NCBI GenBank assembly: GCA_963711835.1
Contig: CAVQFQ010000023.1
Location: 6,238 to 38,237, forward strand
From: an uncultured delta proteobacterium
GTDB taxonomy: Bacteria > Desulfobacterota > RBG-13-43-22
Direction of reading: 5' to 3'
Length of the DNA stretch: 32,000 bases
Part shown: piece after piece, positions 16,212-25,070 of the stretch
Numbering within the stretch: position 1 is the first letter of the stretch
Layout: each line of letters starts with the position of its first letter
The notes under the pieces: model-generated
What the model saw: the letters and a program-made list of their open reading frames with translations, nothing else
The model's database searches: none
What the model was told of the DNA's origin: nothing
Made by a program: the position numbers and the translations under genes

Positions 16212-18620
16212 GTGGCCAAAGAGATTGAGCTTTTAAAAAAGGTTATTCGGCTGGCCAACTCGAACATCGGTTTTGACGACCGCCTCCGGGGTATTATGGA
16301 TCTCCTGGTCCGTCGAGAAGAATGGGAAAAAGGTCTTTTATTTATCAAGGCCTCGGAAGAGGGACCTTTATCCCTGAAGGTGGCCAGTCCCCGGGACCCG
16401 GCCGGGGAACAGCAGCCGGTGATCCTGCCTAAAACCCCTTTGGATGCCTGCTGCCAGCGCGGGCAAACCGTTTTCATAGGCCGCTTGAATCGAAAAGAAC
16501 ACAAGGCCTTGCTGAAAATCCCTCTCTTCAAGGGCTATCTGTCCCTGATCGCCCTGCCCATCCAGGACGATACCGTCATTTATGGGATCGTTTGTTTGTT
16601 GTCGCGCCAAACCTTGAGCCTCGATCCCCAGGAGCAGGACCTGCTGGACATGATTTCCCGGGAACTGGCCGGGATCATCCGCAATTCCCAGATCTATACC
16701 GAATCCAGGAAACGGATTTCCGAACTGAGCGTTCTCTATCAGGTCGGGAAGGTCATCGGTTCGACTTTGGAATTGGAGGATCTGCTTAAGCGGACCGTGG
16801 CCATCATCGCCCAGGTGATTAATGCCAAGGGGGCGGCTCTGCTGATGACGGATAAACATTCCGAGTCCGTTAAGGTGGAATCCGAATTTGGAGCCATCCC
16901 GGCTTTTATTAAAGAAAAAATCTTAAAGGACATCCGGGACCAAAAAGGCGATTATATCTTTTCGGAGGACCGGACCCAGGCCGGGACCACCTGGGTCCCC
17001 CCTTCAGCCGGGGAAGAAGGCTTGAACGAGCCCTCCGGGGATCGGGTCCCCTCCTTTATGTGCATCCCCCTACTTTTCAAGGGTCCTTACCGGGGCCGAC
17101 TCTGTGTCTACCAGAAGATAACCTTCAGCGGCGGACCGGAGCCGAGATTTACTGAAGATGATCTCTCCATCCTGTCGACCATCGGCAATATCATCGCCAG
17201 TTCCTTGGAAAATGCCTTGACCTTTCAGGAAATGGAAACCCTGGCCCGAAACAACGAATGGATGGTCAAAAACCTCTCGACCCTTTATCAGATCGACAGC
17301 GCCATGATGACCACCTCTTCTCTCCAGGAACTCTTGCAGATTATTCTGGAGGCCATTACCCTGAAGCAAGGTCTGGGTTTTAGCCGGGCCCTGCTTTTCT
17401 TAGTTGACGAGAACGGCCAGACCCTGAAGGCCATGGCCAATTCAGTCCAGAGGGAGGATTCCAAGGCCGCCGGGGATTCAGGCGGCCGGAACCTCGCGGA
17501 TCCTGACTTAAGCCATTTTCTGACCAATCAAGGCGCCCACCACCGGGAACAGGAGATCCCGACCGATCCCTTCATAAAAGACCTCAAGATCCCGCTTTCC
17601 GGGGATGAAGGCATTCTGGCCCGAACGGTTCTGGAGGGGCGCTCTTTCTTCATTACCGACGCCCTTCAGGATCCCCGGACCAATAAGGTCCTGGTCAAAC
17701 GGTTGGGGACCGAATCCTTCGCCTCGCTGCCTCTCCGGGCCAAGGATAAGGTTATCGGCGTCATTGTCGTGGATAATTTTCTCGACAAGCATCCGATCTC
17801 CGAAGAGGATCTGCGCCTTTTGGAAATGCTGGCCCATCAGGCCGGTCTGGCCATTGAGAACACCCGTCTATACGCCTTTATTGAAAAGACCAATCAGGAA
17901 TTGAAAGCCGCCCGGGAACAGCTCCTGGAATCGGAAAAATTGGTCGCCCTGGGGGAAATGGCCGCCGGCATGGCCCATGAGATTAGAAATCCCCTGGTTT
18001 CGATCGGCGGTTTCGTCCGCCGCCTTTATAAAAGATTTCAGGGGGACCAGCAGGTTGAAACCTATTTCGAGGTCATCATCAGTGAAGTGGAACGGCTGGA
18101 AAAAACCCTCAACGAGATCATGGATTTTTCCCATGATCCGAGGGGAAAATACCGAGAAGAGGAGTTCAACCCAATTGTGGAAGGGGCCCTGGAATTGATT
18201 CAAAGGGAATTGGATGAGGCCCAGGTGGTAGTCCAGAAGGAACTGGGCAAAATACCCCGGGTTTTTTGCGATGAAGGTCAAATGCGCCATGTTTTTTATA
18301 ACCTCTTTCTCAACTCTTCCCAAGCCATGACCCAGGGTGGTTTATTGGTGATCCGGACTTACACCGAGAAAGGCCCGGAACACGCCTGGGCGGTCTGTGA
18401 GGTAAGGGACACCGGCGGCGGAATCCCTCCGGAATTACTGCATAATATTTTTAACCCCTTTTTTACCACGAAAGCCAACGGCTCAGGTTTGGGCCTTCCG
18501 ATTGTTCATAAAATCGTCACCCGTCACGACGGAGAAGTCGAAATCGACAACCGGCCCGGTGAAGGCGTGGCCTTCATTATAAAGTTGCCCCTGGCTAAAA
18601 ATTCCCAGCAGCCTTTTTGA
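16212..18620 (+). CDS. Multi-GAF sensor histidine kinase
   Basis: 802 aa with repeated GAF-like segments, an H-box ([12 protein letters not shown]) and HATPase_c ([11 protein letters not shown]...DTGGGIPPE...[13 protein letters not shown]). GTG start. Confidence 0.85.
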   Translation: MAKEIELLKKVIRLANSNIGFDDRLRGIMDLLVRREEWEKGLLFIKASEEGPLSLKVASPRDPAGEQQPVILPKTPLDACCQRGQTVFIGRLNRKEHKALLKIPLFKGYLSLIALPIQDDTVIYGIVCLLSRQTLSLDPQEQDLLDMISRELAGIIRNSQIYTESRKRISELSVLYQVGKVIGSTLELEDLLKRTVAIIAQVINAKGAALLMTDKHSESVKVESEFGAIPAFIKEKILKDIRDQKGDYIFSEDRTQAGTTWVPPSAGEEGLNEPSGDRVPSFMCIPLLFKGPYRGRLCVYQKITFSGGPEPRFTEDDLSILSTIGNIIASSLENALTFQEMETLARNNEWMVKNLSTLYQIDSAMMTTSSLQELLQIILEAITLKQGLGFSRALLFLVDENGQTLKAMANSVQREDSKAAGDSGGRNLADPDLSHFLTNQGAHHREQEIPTDPFIKDLKIPLSGDEGILARTVLEGRSFFITDALQDPRTNKVLVKRLGTESFASLPLRAKDKVIGVIVVDNFLDKHPISEEDLRLLEMLAHQAGLAIENTRLYAFIEKTNQELKAAREQLLESEKLVALGEMAAGMAHEIRNPLVSIGGFVRRLYKRFQGDQQVETYFEVIISEVERLEKTLNEIMDFSHDPRGKYREEEFNPIVEGALELIQRELDEAQVVVQKELGKIPRVFCDEGQMRHVFYNLFLNSSQAMTQGGLLVIRTYTEKGPEHAWAVCEVRDTGGGIPPELLHNIFNPFFTTKANGSGLGLPIVHKIVTRHDGEVEIDNRPGEGVAFIIKLPLAKNSQQPF

Positions 18621-18648
18621 AAAGGACCATTCTGGGGGGAGGAGGAAC

Positions 18649-19008
18649 ATGAAACGCATTCTAATCGCTGACGATGAAGAGGCCTTACAAAGGCTTTACC
18701 AGGAGGAATTTGAAGAAGACGGCTATGAGGTGATCTTGGCCGGCAATGGGAAGGAGGTCCTTTCCCGCCTGGAAGATCCCGATCATCTCCCGGATTTAAT
18801 TATTATGGATATCCGGATGCCCGAGATGAACGGCATTGATACCCTCCGGTTTATTAAAGAAAAATATCCCCGGATCCCCGTCATTCTCTGCTCGGCCTAT
18901 AGCGAATTTAAACAGGATTTTTCGGTCTGGGCTTCCGATGATTATGTGGTTAAATCGTCGGACCTGACCGAACTCAAGGAAGTGGTCAAGAAACATTTAA
19001 GAGACTGA
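18649..19008 (+). CDS. Single-domain CheY-like response regulator
   Basis: ILIADDEE...LIIMDIRMPEMNGID...ILCSAY...VVKS. Strong RBS GGGAGGAGG. Confidence 0.9.
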   Translation: MKRILIADDEEALQRLYQEEFEEDGYEVILAGNGKEVLSRLEDPDHLPDLIIMDIRMPEMNGIDTLRFIKEKYPRIPVILCSAYSEFKQDFSVWASDDYVVKSSDLTELKEVVKKHLRD

Positions 19009-19065
19009 TCAGCTTTCAGCCATCATCAAACATCTTAAAAAATAATGGGTTAAGCTGACTGCTGA
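19009..19065. terminator. Imperfect hairpin built from TCAGC repeats between convergent genes
   Basis: TCAGCTTTCAGC (19009-19020) pairs with GCTGACTGCTGA (19054-19065) at 10 of 12 positions. It sits between the receiver stop (19008) and the LysR stop (19104). There is no clear U-tract. Confidence 0.3.
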
Positions 19066-19103
19066 ACGCTCCCTTCGTAAATCGGAAATTTCCGGATGGG
19101 CAC

Positions 19104-20009
19104 TCAGGGGCTTCCCGGTCTCAAGGGATCGGCCCGATCCTGCAGAAGGGTCAGAAAAGACTGGGCCGAAGGGGAAAGGGCCCTCTTTTTTAGATAGACG
19201 ATATCCACGTTCAAGAAAAGAGGGCCTTCCATCAGGGGCCGGGTTTTCAAGGCCCCCTTCTTTAATTCTTCCTTAACCGCCGACTCAACCACAAAAGAAA
19301 TCCCTTTCCCGGCCTCCACTAATTCCTTTATAAAATCCACATTGCCGGCTTCGGTCAGGATAGAGGGTTTGATCCGGGCTTCCCGGTATTTATCCAAAAT
19401 GAGTTCCCGGGTTCCGGACCCTTTTTCACGAATAATCAGGGGCTGCTGGGCCAGATCCTTTAAAGAAATCCGGCGCAGACGGGTTAAGGGATGGCTCCGC
19501 CCCAGGATCAAAAGCAGGTTCTCCCGGGTAAAGGCCAGGACTTGTAAGGGGGGCGGATAGGAGGACTTGGCAATCAGCCCCAATTCATTTTTCTGTACGA
19601 TCAGGCTGTTGGAGATTTCCGCCGAACTGCCTTCGTTGAGAATGACATGAATCCCCGGGTGCTTTTCCTGGAAGGCTGAAATCAAGGCCGGCATCATGTG
19701 CTTGGCATAAGTTTTGGTGGTCCCGACCTTCAGGACGCCGGTTTCCAAATCCTTCAGCTCCCAGATCGACCTCTCGGCCTGGGCGGCCCAATCAAAGATC
19801 TTCCGGGCATAACCGAAAAGGACCTGGCCGGCCTCGGTCAGTTCGATTCGTTTCCCGTGACGATGAAAAAGCTTCAGATTGAAATAGTCTTCCAACTGCC
19901 GGACCTGCATCGTCACCGCCGGCTGGGACAAAAGGAGTTCTTCGGCTGCCGCGGAAAAACTTTGCTTCTTTCCGGAAATATAAAATAATTTCAATTGATT
20001 CAAATTCAT
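19104..20009 (-). CDS. LysR-family transcriptional regulator
   Basis: MNLNQLKLFYISGKKQSFSAAAEELLLSQPAVTMQVRQLE is a canonical LysR wHTH, followed by a roughly 200-aa effector domain. It is divergent from the aromatic cluster. Confidence 0.9.
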   Translation of the reverse strand: MNLNQLKLFYISGKKQSFSAAAEELLLSQPAVTMQVRQLEDYFNLKLFHRHGKRIELTEAGQVLFGYARKIFDWAAQAERSIWELKDLETGVLKVGTTKTYAKHMMPALISAFQEKHPGIHVILNEGSSAEISNSLIVQKNELGLIAKSSYPPPLQVLAFTRENLLLILGRSHPLTRLRRISLKDLAQQPLIIREKGSGTRELILDKYREARIKPSILTEAGNVDFIKELVEAGKGISFVVESAVKEELKKGALKTRPLMEGPLFLNVDIVYLKKRALSPSAQSFLTLLQDRADPLRPGSP

Positions 20010-20024
20010 CCAAATCTGTCCGAT

Positions 20025-20041
20025 TATAAATTTTATTTATA
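20025..20041. promoter_or_regulatory. Perfect 7-3-7 palindrome, candidate LysR-type binding box
   Basis: TATAAAT-TTT-ATTTATA lies 16 nt upstream of the LysR start and 21 nt upstream of a perfect TTGACA. It is AT-rich and of the T-N11-A type. Confidence 0.35.
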
Positions 20042-20061
20042 GTAACATAAAATCATTTGTC

Positions 20062-20091
20062 TTGACAAGCCCCCTGCTAATAACCAACAAT
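20062..20091 (+). promoter_or_regulatory. Candidate sigma70 promoter of the aromatic cluster
   Basis: TTGACA (20062-20067), an 18-nt spacer, then AACAAT (20086-20091). It would give a leader of about 220 nt before the ATG at 20321. Confidence 0.3.
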
Positions 20092-20320
20092 AGGAGCGTT
20101 AGCGTTCATCCGAAGAAGGGCGTAAAAATTTCCGGAATGGCTTTCTCCCAGGCCTTCCTTAGCCGGTCGATTCTCCCGGTCGGTCCGAAACCGCCCCCAC
20201 TCTTTACAAGCTATTTGGTCTGACTCCTATTACCCTTAAGAGAAAGGAGGTAGGTTTTTTACCAGAATGGAAACCAGGGTTTTTTGCTCTTAACCTTTTT
20301 TTAAACGAAGGAGAAGCAAG

Positions 20321-22165
20321 ATGACCGACACCAAATTGAAGTTTCCCGATCCGCATCAAATACCCACCATCCCCGGCACCGAAGGTTGGGAACGTATGTA
20401 TCCTTATCATTATCAATTTACCACCGACGACCCGGAGCGCACGGCCTACGAAAAAAGCATGTTCTGGTTTAATGACGGGCTTCACTATCCGGAACCGATG
20501 TACCCTTTTGACATCATCTGGGATGAAGCCTGGTTTCTGGCCCTTTCTCAGAACAACACCCGGGTTTTTATCGTTCCCCCGGCCCTCGGGGTGGATCACC
20601 GTATTATCAACGGCAACATCTACATCACCCCGGTTCCGGTGGCCGATCCGAGTACGATCCCGGCGCGGGTCGAACTCTTCATGAAACGGGCCGGGTATTA
20701 TTATCAGAACTGGGATCGCCTCCATGATCAATGGGAAAAGAAGATGCGGGAGGTGATTGAAAAGTTAGCGGCCATCGAAATAGCCGATCTCCCGGAAATG
20801 GAAGAAGAATCAGTGGTTACGGAGGGTTTGGGGATCAGCAGCGGTTACAAGCTTCTGAAAAAATACGACGATCTGATCGATCTGGGCATCCTGGCCTGGC
20901 AGTATCATTTTGAATTTCTAAACCTGGGCTACGCCGCTTACGTGGTTTTCCTGGATTTCTGCCAGAAGGCCTTTCCGGATATTCCGATTCAACGGGTCAC
21001 CCAAATGGTCTCCGGTGTGGATGTCATCATGTACCAGCCGGATGAAGAGTTAAAGAAACTGGCCAAGCAGGCCGTAGAATTGAATTTAACCGAACTCATC
21101 CTGCAGCCTCTAAAGATCGATCAGCTCTGGCCCAAACTGCAGGCTACCGAGGCCGGCTTAAAATGGACCGCCGCCTTTGATAAGGCCAAATACCCCTGGT
21201 TCTACATCTCCACCGGGACCGGCTGGTACCACCACGACTCCTGCTGGCTGGATGACCTCAATGTCCCTCTGGATTCCATCCGCATTTATATCGGCACCCT
21301 GAAAAAGGGCGGAACCATTGAACGGCCCCTGGCTGATGTGCGGGAAGAACGGGACAAGATCACCACCGAGTACCGCAAGCTCCTGAAAACCGATGAAGAC
21401 CGGGCCACCTTTGATCAGCTCCTGGGAACCTCCAAGACCGTTTTTCCTTATGTGGAAAACCACCTCTTTTATGTCGAGCACTGGTTCCACAGCATCTTCT
21501 GGAACAAGATGCGCCAGGTCTCCCAGATCATGGTGAATCACGGTTTTATTAAAGACATTGAAGATATCTGGTATCTCTCCCGCAGCGAAATCAAAGAGGC
21601 CCTCTGGGATCTGGTAACCGGCTGGGCCACGGGCACCAAGGCTCGGGGACCCCTCCATTGGCCCAAGGAAATCGCCTGGCGGAAAGGGGTCATGGAAAAA
21701 TTCCGGCAATGGACCCCTCCCCCGGCTGTTGGGACGGCCCCGGAAGTCATTAACGAACCCTTTACCATTGTCCTCTGGGGGGTCACCTCGGAGAGCATGG
21801 CCAACTGGGCCAAGGCCAAAGAAGTGGGTGACTTGAGCACCCTGACCGAGCTGAAAGGCTTCCCCGGATCTCCGGGATCAGTTGAAGGTCCGGCCCGGGT
21901 CTGCCGCAGCGTCAAGGAAATCGATCAGCTCCAGGAAGGGGAAATCCTGGTGGCCCCCACCACTTCGCCCAGTTGGGCCCCGGCCTTCCAGAAGATCAAG
22001 GCCTGCATCACCGACGTGGGCGGCGTCATGTGCCACGCGGCCATCGTCTGCCGTGAATACGGCGTGCCGGCCATTGTCGGAACCGGGGTCGGCACCCAGG
22101 CCATCAAGACCGGGGATTACCTCGTCGTGGATGGCGGTACCGGTTTGATTAAAATCAGGAGGTAG
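20321..22165 (+). CDS. PEP-utilising-enzyme family protein with C-terminal phosphohistidine swivel domain, phenylphosphate-synthase PpsA-like (large subunit)
   Basis: 614 aa (about 70 kDa). The C-terminus reads GSPGSVEGPARV...GEILVAPTTSPSWAPAF..IKACITDVGGVMCHAAIVCREYGVPAIVGTG (mobile His domain). The N-terminal roughly 500 aa are not ATP-grasp. RBS GAAGGAG. Confidence 0.65.
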   Translation: MTDTKLKFPDPHQIPTIPGTEGWERMYPYHYQFTTDDPERTAYEKSMFWFNDGLHYPEPMYPFDIIWDEAWFLALSQNNTRVFIVPPALGVDHRIINGNIYITPVPVADPSTIPARVELFMKRAGYYYQNWDRLHDQWEKKMREVIEKLAAIEIADLPEMEEESVVTEGLGISSGYKLLKKYDDLIDLGILAWQYHFEFLNLGYAAYVVFLDFCQKAFPDIPIQRVTQMVSGVDVIMYQPDEELKKLAKQAVELNLTELILQPLKIDQLWPKLQATEAGLKWTAAFDKAKYPWFYISTGTGWYHHDSCWLDDLNVPLDSIRIYIGTLKKGGTIERPLADVREERDKITTEYRKLLKTDEDRATFDQLLGTSKTVFPYVENHLFYVEHWFHSIFWNKMRQVSQIMVNHGFIKDIEDIWYLSRSEIKEALWDLVTGWATGTKARGPLHWPKEIAWRKGVMEKFRQWTPPPAVGTAPEVINEPFTIVLWGVTSESMANWAKAKEVGDLSTLTELKGFPGSPGSVEGPARVCRSVKEIDQLQEGEILVAPTTSPSWAPAFQKIKACITDVGGVMCHAAIVCREYGVPAIVGTGVGTQAIKTGDYLVVDGGTGLIKIRR

Positions 22166-22168
22166 TTC

Positions 22169-23254
22169 ATGTCCGACGAAGGCAGACTGCCTTACATCTT
22201 CAATTTGAATGAATGTGATCTTACTTCTCTGCCTTATGTGGGCGGGAAGAATGCCAGCCTGGGTGAAATGATCCGGGCTGGCCTTCCCGTGCCCCCCGGG
22301 TTTGCCGTAACCACCGAGGCCTATAGAAAATTTATAAGTCAAAATAGACTTAGAAAACCCATTAACGACCTGATGCGGGACTTGAATCCCCGGGATATTG
22401 AACAGGTGAACGCCACCAGCCAATCCATCCGGCAGATGATCGAAGAGGCCCCTATCTCGGAAGGCATTGCCGTGGTCATTGAGGATGCCTACAACCGACT
22501 CTGGAGGTCCCTGCAGATGCCCCTGGTGCCGGTAGCGGTTCGGTCCAGCGCTACGGCCGAGGACCTCCCCGGGGCCAGTTTCGCCGGCCAGCAGGAAACC
22601 TACCTGTTTGTCCGTACCGCCGATGAGGTCATCGACAAGGTCAGAAAATGCTGGTCCTCCCTGTTTACCCCCCGGGCCATCACCTACCGGATCCGGCAAG
22701 GCTTCGACCATGAAAAGGTCCTGATCAGTGTGGGCGTGCAAAAGATGGTCAATTCCTTTACCGCCGGAGTCATGTTTACCCTGAATCCGGCCACCGGGGA
22801 TGTTTCGGTCATCGTCATCGATGCCAACTGGGGTGTGGGCGAGTCGGTGGTCAGCGGGGTGGTGACCCCGGACCAGTTTGTGGTGGATAAGATTAATCTG
22901 GAGATCCTCAAAAAGACCATTTCCCGAAAAGACGTCTATTTCACCACCAGTCCCGAACGGAACAAACTGGTGGAGATGGAAGTCGAAGAGGAACGTAAGG
23001 AAGTCCAATCGGTCATCGACAAGGACATTAAGGAACTGGCCCGGTTCGGCAAGTTGATCGAGGCCCATTACGGGAAGGCCATGGACATCGAATGGGCTAT
23101 TGATAAGGACCTGCCGGCCGGCGGCAATGTGCGCATCCTGCAGTCCCGCCCGGAAACGGTCTGGAGCCAGAAAAAGGTGGAACCGGTGGTTCAACCCAAG
23201 GCCTCGGCCCTGGAACATATCGTAGCCGGGATGCTGCAGGGAAAGAAGTTCTAA
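22169..23254 (+). CDS. PEP synthase/PPDK N-terminal ATP-grasp (nucleotide-binding) protein, phenylphosphate-synthase PpsB-like
   Basis: 361 aa (about 40 kDa). VGGKNASLGEMIRAGLPVPPGFAVTTEAY, VAVRSSATAEDLPGASFAGQQETYL and MDIEWAI...LQSRPET. It starts 3 nt after the preceding stop. Confidence 0.7.
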   Translation: MSDEGRLPYIFNLNECDLTSLPYVGGKNASLGEMIRAGLPVPPGFAVTTEAYRKFISQNRLRKPINDLMRDLNPRDIEQVNATSQSIRQMIEEAPISEGIAVVIEDAYNRLWRSLQMPLVPVAVRSSATAEDLPGASFAGQQETYLFVRTADEVIDKVRKCWSSLFTPRAITYRIRQGFDHEKVLISVGVQKMVNSFTAGVMFTLNPATGDVSVIVIDANWGVGESVVSGVVTPDQFVVDKINLEILKKTISRKDVYFTTSPERNKLVEMEVEEERKEVQSVIDKDIKELARFGKLIEAHYGKAMDIEWAIDKDLPAGGNVRILQSRPETVWSQKKVEPVVQPKASALEHIVAGMLQGKKF

Positions 23255-23268
23255 CAGGATAAAAAAGC

Positions 23269-23363
23269 GATACTGGATACTCGATACTGGATTCTGGATA
23301 AGCACGAGAGGGTCTATAAATATTTTTGGTTAGGCTGTTATCCAGCATCCAGTATCCAGTATC
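23269..23363. repeat. Palindromic intercistronic element built from GATACTG heptamers
   Basis: The left arm is GATACTG GATACTC GATACTG GATTCTG GATAAGC. The right arm is GCTGTTATCCAGCATCCAGTATCCAGTATC, the reverse complement minus one heptamer. The stem is about 28 bp with a 7-nt bulge and a roughly 30-nt loop. Confidence 0.8.
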
Positions 23364-23412
23364 AACCATCATAATCCAAAACAATTAAACCCAAGGAGGA
23401 AACAGCAGAATT

Positions 23413-24819
23413 ATGAAAGATTTACGCGATTTTATTGCCGTCTGTGAGCCTGAGGGATTGGTCCACCGGGTCAAAGCAGAGGTAGACTGGAACCTGGAAT
23501 TGTCTCACATCGCCAAACTGAACGAAGAAAAACTTGGTCCGGCCCTGCTGTTTGAAAACGTGAAGGGCTATACCAGCCCGGTCATAACCAGCGTCTGTAC
23601 CACCACCCAGCGACTGGCGGTGCTCATGCGCATGCCCAAGGAAACCAGCCTGGTGGGGCTGATGGAGCAGTGGGTCAAGGTGGGCGACAACCTGCTCCCG
23701 CCGGTCTGGGTGGAGCGGGACAAGGCCCCCTGCAAGGAAAACATCATGAAGGGAAAGGACATCGACCTGTTCAAATTCCCGGTGCCCAAGTGGTATCCCA
23801 AGGATGGAGGCCGCTTTATCGGCACGGCCCATTACATCATCAGCAAGGACCCGGATTCCGGCTGGATTAACCTGGGGACCTACCGCTCCCAGTTGCTGGA
23901 AAAGGACAAGATCGGCACCCAGTTCATCAAGGGCAAACACGCCGACATCATGCTCAAGAAATACCAGGCTTTGAAAAAGCCCATGCCGGTGGCCTCGGTC
24001 ATCGGGGGCGATCCCCTGCTGTTTATTCTGGGGGCGGCCAGGCTTTCAGCCTTCACCTCCGAATACGATGTAGCCGGGGCCATTGTCGGCTCCCCCATCG
24101 AGGTGGTCAAGGGGGAGACGGTCGACCTGCCCATCCCGGCCTATGCCGAGATCGTTATTGAGGGATTGGTGGACGCGGAAAAATTTCTCCCCGAAGGCCC
24201 CTTCGGGGAATACACCGGCTACTATTCCGGAGTGGGCACGGACCCCCGGAATTATATTGATGTCCAATGCGTCACCTTTCGAAACAACCCTATTCTCTGG
24301 GGGACCACGGTCGGCCGGGCCGTGACCGACACCCACATGACCATGGCCCTCTCCTATGGGGCAACCCTCTGGCAGCAGTTGACCGCCATGAAGATCCCGG
24401 GCATCAAATCGGTTTATTGCCCTCCGGAAGGCTCGGGCCGGTTTCTGGCCATTATCTCCATGAAGCAGATGTATCCGGGGCACGCCGACCAGGTCTTGAC
24501 CGCGGCCATCTCCACCGAAATGGGGGCCTACGGATTGAAGACCGTCATCGTAGTGGACGACGACATCGACGCCTGGGACATCCCCCGGGTCCTGTATGCC
24601 CTGAGCTTCCGCTTTCAACCCAACCGCAGCCAGGTCATCAAGCGCGGCAGATCCACGCCTTTGGACCCCTCCCTGCCCATCGATGCCCGGGATATCACCG
24701 GCCGGCTGCTCTTGGACGCCACCATTCCCTATGATTGGAAGGAGAAACCGATTCCGATCGCCCTGGATCCGGACATCGTCAAACAGGTTCAGGGCCGCTG
24801 GAAGGAATTGGGGTTCTAA
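23413..24819 (+). CDS. UbiD-family prFMN-dependent (de)carboxylase, phenylphosphate-carboxylase-subunit-like
   Basis: 468 aa. MKDLRDFIAVCEPEGLVHRVKAEVDWNLELS is a typical UbiD N-terminus. Also FIGTAHYIISKDPDSGWINLGTYR and EGPFGEYTGYYSG. RBS AAGGAGGA. Confidence 0.85.
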   Translation: MKDLRDFIAVCEPEGLVHRVKAEVDWNLELSHIAKLNEEKLGPALLFENVKGYTSPVITSVCTTTQRLAVLMRMPKETSLVGLMEQWVKVGDNLLPPVWVERDKAPCKENIMKGKDIDLFKFPVPKWYPKDGGRFIGTAHYIISKDPDSGWINLGTYRSQLLEKDKIGTQFIKGKHADIMLKKYQALKKPMPVASVIGGDPLLFILGAARLSAFTSEYDVAGAIVGSPIEVVKGETVDLPIPAYAEIVIEGLVDAEKFLPEGPFGEYTGYYSGVGTDPRNYIDVQCVTFRNNPILWGTTVGRAVTDTHMTMALSYGATLWQQLTAMKIPGIKSVYCPPEGSGRFLAIISMKQMYPGHADQVLTAAISTEMGAYGLKTVIVVDDDIDAWDIPRVLYALSFRFQPNRSQVIKRGRSTPLDPSLPIDARDITGRLLLDATIPYDWKEKPIPIALDPDIVKQVQGRWKELGF

Positions 24820-24854
24820 CCGCCTGAACCGTAGTCGGCATCCTCCTCATTTTT

Positions 24855-24899
24855 CCCTGGCCCCTCTCTTTCCTTTGGCAGGAAAGGGAGGGGCCAGGG
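24855..24899 (+). other. Very stable 20-bp GC-rich stem-loop after the UbiD gene
   Basis: CCCTGGCCCCTCTCTTTCCT-TTGGC-AGGAAAGGGAGGGGCCAGGG has 20 pairs (one G-U). It is followed by GGGAGUUUCAG, so only a weak U-tract. Confidence 0.6.
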
Positions 24900-24954
24900 G
24901 GGAGTTTCAGCTTCGCGGGTGTCCGCCGCGGGCCGGGGGTTTAATACGAAAACA

Positions 24955-25049
24955 AAAACGAATAATGAATATCGAACGCCGAATGGTGAATTACGAAGTA
25001 AGAAACTTCATCATTCATTATTCCTTGTTCGGCGTTCGATATTCGTTTT
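24955..25049. repeat. 95-nt imperfect palindrome with 7-nt periodicity (NGAANNN units)
   Basis: The left side reads CGAATAA TGAATAT CGAACGC CGAATGG TGAATTA CGAAGTA AGAAACT. It is mirrored by TCATCAT TCATTAT TCCTTGT TCGGCGT TCGATAT TCGTTTT. The outer arms AAAACGAATA..TCGAACGCCGAA / TTCGGCGTTCGATATTCGTTTT pair with a 7-nt slip. The inner stem is GAAGT-AAGAA-ACTTC. Confidence 0.75.
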
Positions 25050-25070
25050 AATTCTTAATGGAGGTCCCTT

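Noticed and set aside
19083-19094. Perfect 12-nt palindrome CGGAAATTTCCG just downstream of the LysR stop as a regulatory site or terminator
   Set aside because: As RNA it gives only a 4-bp stem with a 4-nt loop, and there is no convincing U-tract. A palindrome this short is hard to distinguish from chance in 32 kb.
20267-20293. An 8-codon mini-ORF (METRVFCS) in the leader of the aromatic cluster as a leader peptide
   Set aside because: The AAAGGAGGT upstream is 15 nt from the ATG. There is no associated terminator/antiterminator structure and no meaningful codon content. It is likely fortuitous.
21878-23305. A 475-aa minus-strand ORF spanning the junction of the two PEP-synthase-like genes
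   Set aside because: It lies entirely antisense to two plus-strand ORFs with clear family motifs. Its translation is low-complexity and rich in Gly, Pro, Asp and His, with no recognisable motif. This is the typical shadow ORF of GC-rich coding sequence.
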